Shown here in pieces: positions 58,897-64,000 of a DNA stretch of 64,000 nt. Position 1 is the first letter of the stretch. Each line of letters begins with the position of its first letter. Where the stretch lies: positions 480,001 through 544,000 of the forward strand of contig OY970399.1 of assembly GCA_963720545.1 (NCBI GenBank). The letters run 5' to 3'. Position numbers and translations under genes: made by a program. Below the pieces are notes generated by a model. The model was not told the DNA's origin, did no database searches, and was given only the letters and a program-made list of their open reading frames with translations. The DNA comes from an uncultured Acidobacteriota bacterium (GTDB lineage Bacteria > Acidobacteriota > Vicinamibacteria > Fen-336).

Positions 58897-60200
58897 AGAA
58901 GGTACGGCGTGCGCGTGCGGCGAAACGCTGCGACGTCGGCCTCGTCGGCGGCGACGATCGCGGCCGGGTCGAGGCCGCGTTCGAGACGTTCGCGCAGCGC
59001 CTTCGTGCCCACGAGCCGGTCGAGCGCAGCACCGCCGTCGCGAAACTGCAGCTCGCGGCGGTGGCGGCGCATCAGGAACGAGAGCAGCTCAACGCCAAGG
59101 CGATAAGGCGAGCCGGAAGCCGCGGCATCGGCCGCCACGCGCACGCCGGGGCATTCTTCACCGGCGAACTTCGGCGCCGGCGCGGCGGCACTCGCCCGCG
59201 GCGTGAACCGCAGCGGCGTCAGCGTGTAGCCGTCGATCCGCACGTCACGAGCCAGCGCTTCCGCGTCCAGCCAGGGCGCGCCGATGACGGCGAACGGGTC
59301 GTCGCTGCCACGGCCTTCACTGACGTTCACCGCCTCGAGCAGGCAGGTGCCGGGATAAGCCATGGCGGCGTCTGCGCTGCGCAGGTTCGGCGACGGCGCC
59401 ACCCAGGGAAGCCCGGTGGCGCGCCAGGTCATGTCGCGCCGCCAGTTCGCGATCTTGACGACATCGAGAGTCGGCGCCGGCTGCATCGATGCGGTCAGCA
59501 GGCGCGCCATCTCCCCCGCGGTCAGGCCGAAGACGAGCGGTCCGGGCAGGCGGCTGAGGAGCGAGCGCGGCACCGAACCATCGGCGGGCGGACCTTCGAC
59601 GCGCACGCCGCCGAGAGGGTTGGGGCGGTCGAGCACGACGCAGCGCAGGACGGCGCGGCCGGCCGCTTCGAGCGTCAGAGACACCGTCGCGAGGTACGTG
59701 TAGAAGCGCACGCCGGCGTCCTGGACGTCGATCACCAGCGCGTCGAGCCCGGCAAGGTCTGCGGCCTGCGGCGCGCCTTTCTCTCCATACAGGCTCACGA
59801 CCGGGATACCCGAGTCGGGATCGGTTCCTGACGCGACTTTCTCCCCCGCCGCCGCGCGACCGCGCAGCCCATGCTCAGGAGTGAAGAGCCGCACCACGCG
59901 CACTTGTGCGGTTCGCAGCACGTCGATCGCATGCCGCCCGTCGCGGGTCACCGACGCCGCATGCGCGAGCAGTCCAACGCGCTTCCCGATGAGTCCTGAC
60001 TCTCCCCCCGTTGCGACGACGTCCAGACCAGTTGCGACGACATCGGCTGCGAAAGGAATGTCGGCCTCAGTCTGGGCCGAAGCTGGCGGCGCCTCTCGCG
60101 CCGCCAGCGAAGCCCCGAGGAGCACTGCTGACCGGGCGACGAGGGGTCTCGTTGCGACTGCAACAGGAAGGGATTGCAGGAATTTGCGGCGCTGTATCAC
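58890..60200 (-). CDS. namZ: Exo-beta-N-acetylmuramidase NamZ (DUF1343) family
   Basis: PEHG, SLYG, DVQDAGVRFYTY, LDRPNP, SPNL, SEGRG; QRRKFL Tat-like signal. Confidence 0.9.
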   Translation of the reverse strand: MIQRRKFLQSLPVAVATRPLVARSAVLLGASLAAREAPPASAQTEADIPFAADVVATGLDVVATGGESGLIGKRVGLLAHAASVTRDGRHAIDVLRTAQVRVVRLFTPEHGLRGRAAAGEKVASGTDPDSGIPVVSLYGEKGAPQAADLAGLDALVIDVQDAGVRFYTYLATVSLTLEAAGRAVLRCVVLDRPNPLGGVRVEGPPADGSVPRSLLSRLPGPLVFGLTAGEMARLLTASMQPAPTLDVVKIANWRRDMTWRATGLPWVAPSPNLRSADAAMAYPGTCLLEAVNVSEGRGSDDPFAVIGAPWLDAEALARDVRIDGYTLTPLRFTPRASAAAPAPKFAGEECPGVRVAADAAASGSPYRLGVELLSFLMRRHRRELQFRDGGAALDRLVGTKALRERLERGLDPAAIVAADEADVAAFRRTRTPYLLY

Positions 60201-60224
60201 TGGCGGTTTGTCACCGCGCTCGGG

Positions 60225-63092
60225 TCACTGCGAAACGAGGCCGCGGACGACGGCGTCGGCGACGGCGGGGCGCACCTGGCGGATGAGGTTGTTGTCGCGC
60301 GTCGGGTGCACGCGGTTCGTCAGCAGGATCACGAACAGCTTGCGCTTCGGGTCGAGCCACATCGAGGTGCCGGTGAAGCCGGTGTGGCCGAAAGACTCGG
60401 GCGAAAACAGCGACCCGGACGACGAGTTCTCCCCGGGCGTGTCCCAGCCGAGCGCGCGACTCGAGCCGGGAATGCCGGCGCGTGTGGTGAAACGCTCGAG
60501 GGTGGCGCGCGAGACGATGCGGCGCTGTCCGTAGACGCCGCCGTTGAGGAGCATCTGCGCGAACTTCGCGAGGTCGCCGGCGGTCGCGAACAAGCCCGCG
60601 TGCGGCGCGACGCCGCCGAGCGCATACGCGTTCTCGTCGTGCACCTCGCCGTGCACCACGCGCTTGCGCCACGGGTCGTTCTCGGTGGGCGCTATCCTCG
60701 GCAGCAGCTCCTTGCCGGGCCGATACATCGTGTCGTTCATCCCCAGCGGCGCGAAGATCCGCTCGCGTGCGAAGGCGTCGAGGGTCTGGCCGCTGACGCG
60801 CTCGAGGATCTCGCCGAGCAGGATCAGGCCGAGGTCGCTGTAAAGCGACTTCGTCCCCGGCTCGTAGACGAGGTCCATGGCGGCGATCCGGGTGACGAAC
60901 GCGTCCTGGCCCTTCGTGTCCTTGTAGAGCGGCGCCCACCAGTCGAGGCCCGACGAGTGCGTCAGCAGGTGCGCCACCGTGACCTTGTCCTTCGCGCCGC
61001 CGTGGAACGCGGGAATGAAGTTCCGCACCGGTTCGCTCAGCGTCAGCTTGCCCTCGTCGACGAGGATCATCGCCATGGTCGTGGTGACGATGACCTTGGT
61101 GAGGCTCGCGAGATCGTAGAGCGTGTCGGTCGTGACCTCGGGCGAGCCGGAGTCGTAAGTCTGGCGGCCGAACGCCTTGAGGTCCACGAGGCTGCCCTGG
61201 TGCCCGACGGCGAGCACCCCGCCCGGAAACGCCTTGGCCGTGACGAAGCCGTCGACCACGGCATCCACCGCGCGCATGGCGTCGGGCGCAAAACCGGCGG
61301 CTTCGGGTGCGGAGCGCGCGAGGGTCATGGCGTAACTCGGGATCGGGACGCCCTGGCCGCGGTCGTAGAGGCCAGGAAGGGTGACGGGCAGCTTACCGCT
61401 GACCGGGAATTCGCCGAAGAGGGCGGCGGTCGCGGCGCGCTGGCTCGACTCCGCGGAGCCGTAGGCGGCGACATAGGCTGGCGTGCGCGGAAACTGCTGC
61501 AGCAGGTAGGGGCTGCCGTAGGACACGATCACCACCGGCCGGCCGGCGAGCAGCAGCCGGTCGATGAGGCGCGCGTGCGACGCGCTCATCGCGGCAGTGC
61601 CCTTCGTCGCCATCACCTTGACGAAGGCCGACACCACGACGTGGGTGTGCTCGGGGACCGCGGCGAGGATCTTCTGCGTCGTCTCCTGCGACACCTCGGG
61701 GCCGAGCGTAAAGGTGGTCGTGGGGATGCGCCGCGCTTCCAGTTCGTCCTCGACGATGCCCTGGATCGCGTCGTTGCGGCTGTCGCTCGACATCACCAGG
61801 TGCAGGATGCGCAAAGGCTCGTCGGCGTGCAGCGGCAAGATGTTCTGGTCGTTGCGCACCACCGTGATCGACTGGCGCGCGATCTCGCTCGCCTTCTCGA
61901 CGTCCTCGGGCCGCCCGACTTCGTCCGCCACCTTCGCGATGTCGACGATGCGCTCCTTCGCAAGCCCGGCCTTGTCCTTCAACGCCAGCACCCGCAGCAC
62001 CGACTCGTCGAGCCGCGACTCGAGGATCTGTCCGTCGCGCACGGCGCGCGCGATGGTGGCGATTGCCACCTGTGGATCGGGCGGCAGCAGGATCATGTCG
62101 GCGCCGGCGTTGATGGCGCGCACCGCCGCCTCGCCGGTCCACGCGAGCTTGACGCCCGCCATGTCGAGCGCATCGGTCACCACCAGCCCGCGAAAGCCGA
62201 GCTCGCCGCGCAGCAGGTCGGCGATGACCGGCCTGGAGAGCGAGGCGGGCGCGCCCGAGGGGTCGAGCGCCGCCGAGGCGATGTGGCCGAGCATCACTGC
62301 GTCCACGCCGGTCTCGATGGCGCGGCGGAACGGCACCAGCTCCACCTTCTCGAGGCGCGCGCGGTCGCCGGGAATGGTGGCAAGCTGCAGGTGGCTGTCG
62401 ACCGCGGTGTCGCCGTGGCCGGGGAAGTGCTTCACGGTCGTCAGCAGCCCGCCCTTGCGCGCGCCTTGCAGGAACGCCGCCACCATGCGCGCCACGAGTT
62501 CCGGGTCTTCGCCGAACGAGCGCGTGTTGATGATGGGATTGTCGGGGTTGTTGTTGACGTCGGCCACCGGCGCGAAGCCCCAGTGGATGCCCAGAGCGCG
62601 CGCCTCGCGCGCCGTCACTTCGCCTTCGTAGCGCGCCAGGTCCTCGGAACCGGCGGCACCGGTCGCCATCGCGGTCGGCAGGGGCACGGCACCCTTGCGG
62701 ATGCGCATCGAGACGCCGCGCTCGACGTCGGCCGCGACCAGCAGCGGCACGTCGGCAATCGACTGCAGGTCGTTGAGGATACGCGGCAGTGCTTCCGTCT
62801 CCGACTCGAACATGACGACGCAACCGACCTTGAGCCGCGAGACGTAGTCGCGCAGCTGGCGTGCGTCCTTGTTGCGGGAGTGACGGTAGGTGCCGTAGGC
62901 GCGCACGCCGATCAGCTGCGCTGCCTTCTCCTCGAGCGTGAGGCGCGCCAGGGTCTTGCGTGCCCAGGGCGACACCGGCGCCGCGCCGCGTTCGGCCGGC
63001 CCCGCCACCGACGACGGCTTGCGGCAGGCCCCCGCCGCGCCCGCGATGAGGACCGCGCAGCCGGCGATCGCCGCGAGCAGCGGCCGTTTCAC
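60225..63092 (-). CDS. GH3 beta-N-acetylglucosaminidase (NagZ-like) fused to beta-lactamase-fold (AmiE-like) hydrolase
   Basis: KHFPGHGDTAVDSH, TDALDM; then SLTK, YSD, GHTGFTG. Confidence 0.93.
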   Translation of the reverse strand: MKRPLLAAIAGCAVLIAGAAGACRKPSSVAGPAERGAAPVSPWARKTLARLTLEEKAAQLIGVRAYGTYRHSRNKDARQLRDYVSRLKVGCVVMFESETEALPRILNDLQSIADVPLLVAADVERGVSMRIRKGAVPLPTAMATGAAGSEDLARYEGEVTAREARALGIHWGFAPVADVNNNPDNPIINTRSFGEDPELVARMVAAFLQGARKGGLLTTVKHFPGHGDTAVDSHLQLATIPGDRARLEKVELVPFRRAIETGVDAVMLGHIASAALDPSGAPASLSRPVIADLLRGELGFRGLVVTDALDMAGVKLAWTGEAAVRAINAGADMILLPPDPQVAIATIARAVRDGQILESRLDESVLRVLALKDKAGLAKERIVDIAKVADEVGRPEDVEKASEIARQSITVVRNDQNILPLHADEPLRILHLVMSSDSRNDAIQGIVEDELEARRIPTTTFTLGPEVSQETTQKILAAVPEHTHVVVSAFVKVMATKGTAAMSASHARLIDRLLLAGRPVVIVSYGSPYLLQQFPRTPAYVAAYGSAESSQRAATAALFGEFPVSGKLPVTLPGLYDRGQGVPIPSYAMTLARSAPEAAGFAPDAMRAVDAVVDGFVTAKAFPGGVLAVGHQGSLVDLKAFGRQTYDSGSPEVTTDTLYDLASLTKVIVTTTMAMILVDEGKLTLSEPVRNFIPAFHGGAKDKVTVAHLLTHSSGLDWWAPLYKDTKGQDAFVTRIAAMDLVYEPGTKSLYSDLGLILLGEILERVSGQTLDAFARERIFAPLGMNDTMYRPGKELLPRIAPTENDPWRKRVVHGEVHDENAYALGGVAPHAGLFATAGDLAKFAQMLLNGGVYGQRRIVSRATLERFTTRAGIPGSSRALGWDTPGENSSSGSLFSPESFGHTGFTGTSMWLDPKRKLFVILLTNRVHPTRDNNLIRQVRPAVADAVVRGLVSQ

Positions 63093-64000
63093 CGCCGCGA
63101 GCCGCCCGACGCGGCGGCGGCCGCCGGAGGGGCGGCTTCGTCACGGAAGGCGCCGTCGCGGTAGCTGGCCACGGCACCCGGCAGGAGCAGCGCCTCGTGC
63201 GAGAAGACCACGACACCGGAAGCGCCGGCGGCGCGTGCATCCCAGACGCGATCGACGGTGTCCTGGGCGCTGATGCGCCACGCGCCGATACCCGCCCACA
63301 GCTGCCGCCCCGGCGGCACCAGCGCGCGGATCGCGCCGACCTGCCGGTGGTAGAGGGAGGCGCTCTCGGTGTAGATCATCGGGCAAAGCGCGTCGAGCAC
63401 GCCGTTGTCGATCCAAAGCGGCCACGCCTGGAATTTCTCGCCGACAGCCACCTTCGGGTCGGGCACCACCGCCGCGGACACGACGACGCCGGGGCGGGCG
63501 GCGCGGGCCGCATCCGCCAGGCGCGAGGCCAGCCGGCTCAGCGCATCGCGCCGATAGTCGGCGAACGCGTCGGGCGCGCGCAAAGCCTGCGCCAGAAGCT
63601 GCGAGTCGCTGACGTCGCCGTGCCGACCGGAGAAGCCTTCGAGCGCCGCGCGCGAATAATCGAACTCGGCGTTCGGGTAGCGGATGAAGTCGAGGTGGAG
63701 GCCGGCAACCGGGTAGGTGTCGAGCAACTCGCGCACCACGGCCTCGAGGTGCTCCGGCACGCCGGACGCGGAGGGCGAGAGGTAGTAGCCCTCGACATCC
63801 GGCTTGCCGGCGCCGGCCGCGCGCACCACCGGCGCGATGAGCGAGGGCGCCCCCTGGAGCTGCAACACACGCCGCGCCGCGGAGCGCGGCACCATCAGCC
63901 ACTCGGGATGCCGCGCCACAACGTTGTCGGCAGGGACGCCCTGTCCGAAATTCGCCGACAGCAACACGTTGACCCAGGCGTGGACCGACATTCCGTAGCG
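63089..64000 (-). CDS. GHL10/DUF187 glycoside hydrolase-like protein (partial, start outside window)
   Basis: VHAWVN, HPEW, GLHLDFIRYP, CPMIY. Confidence 0.85.
   Translation of the reverse strand, partial: RYGMSVHAWVNVLLSANFGQGVPADNVVARHPEWLMVPRSAARRVLQLQGAPSLIAPVVRAAGAGKPDVEGYYLSPSASGVPEHLEAVVRELLDTYPVAGLHLDFIRYPNAEFDYSRAALEGFSGRHGDVSDSQLLAQALRAPDAFADYRRDALSRLASRLADAARAARPGVVVSAAVVPDPKVAVGEKFQAWPLWIDNGVLDALCPMIYTESASLYHRQVGAIRALVPPGRQLWAGIGAWRISAQDTVDRVWDARAAGASGVVVFSHEALLLPGAVASYRDGAFRDEAAPPAAAAASGGSRR

Noticed and set aside
60010..60041. GTTGCGACGAC repeated at 21-bp spacing in namZ
   Set aside because: Two copies encoding DVVATG twice; in-frame and not an array
60174..63164. 996-aa plus-strand ORF (also 44138-46567, 36845-38467 and similar)
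   Set aside because: Antisense shadows of real genes, expected in high-GC DNA; no recognisable motifs

Overview
GC-rich bacterial chromosome segment with about 55 CDS, one tRNA, no rRNA and no CRISPR array. The gene content suggests Acidobacteriota (e.g. Vicinamibacteria); this is inference. In order: (1) an ECF sigma/anti-sigma/Spy-like envelope module; (2) a lexA-DUF3467-Y-family polymerase-nth-nitrilase block; (3) rplM-rpsI-rpsB-tsf-pyrH-frr followed by thrC-like and AlaX genes; (4) an M50 protease, a frameshifted GT-C glycosyltransferase and a dGTPase; (5) a ~3.7 kb decayed island in tRNA-Ala(CGC), bounded by a 40-bp direct repeat and carrying a 14-repeat Kelch protein; (6) a Cys-rich PPR-tailed leader ORF with an outer-membrane barrel, behind a DUF4331-TPR-SigK/RskA module; (7) catabolic genes, an Oar-like TonB-dependent receptor with a sigma54-type promoter, two sulfatase-TPR paralogues and a kinase-DUF4388-J-domain-TPR fusion; (8) a peptidoglycan-recycling cluster. 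The main unexplained signals are two ~11-bp-phased arrays of degenerate DnaA-box-like 9-mers (16138-16202, 19750-19826), a DinB homologue with Val at the steric gate, a GGT-family protein with Ser at the nucleophile position, a multibranch RNA-like structure in the island, and repeated leaderless-type or bidirectional -10 elements. All product calls come from motif recognition by eye, not database searches.
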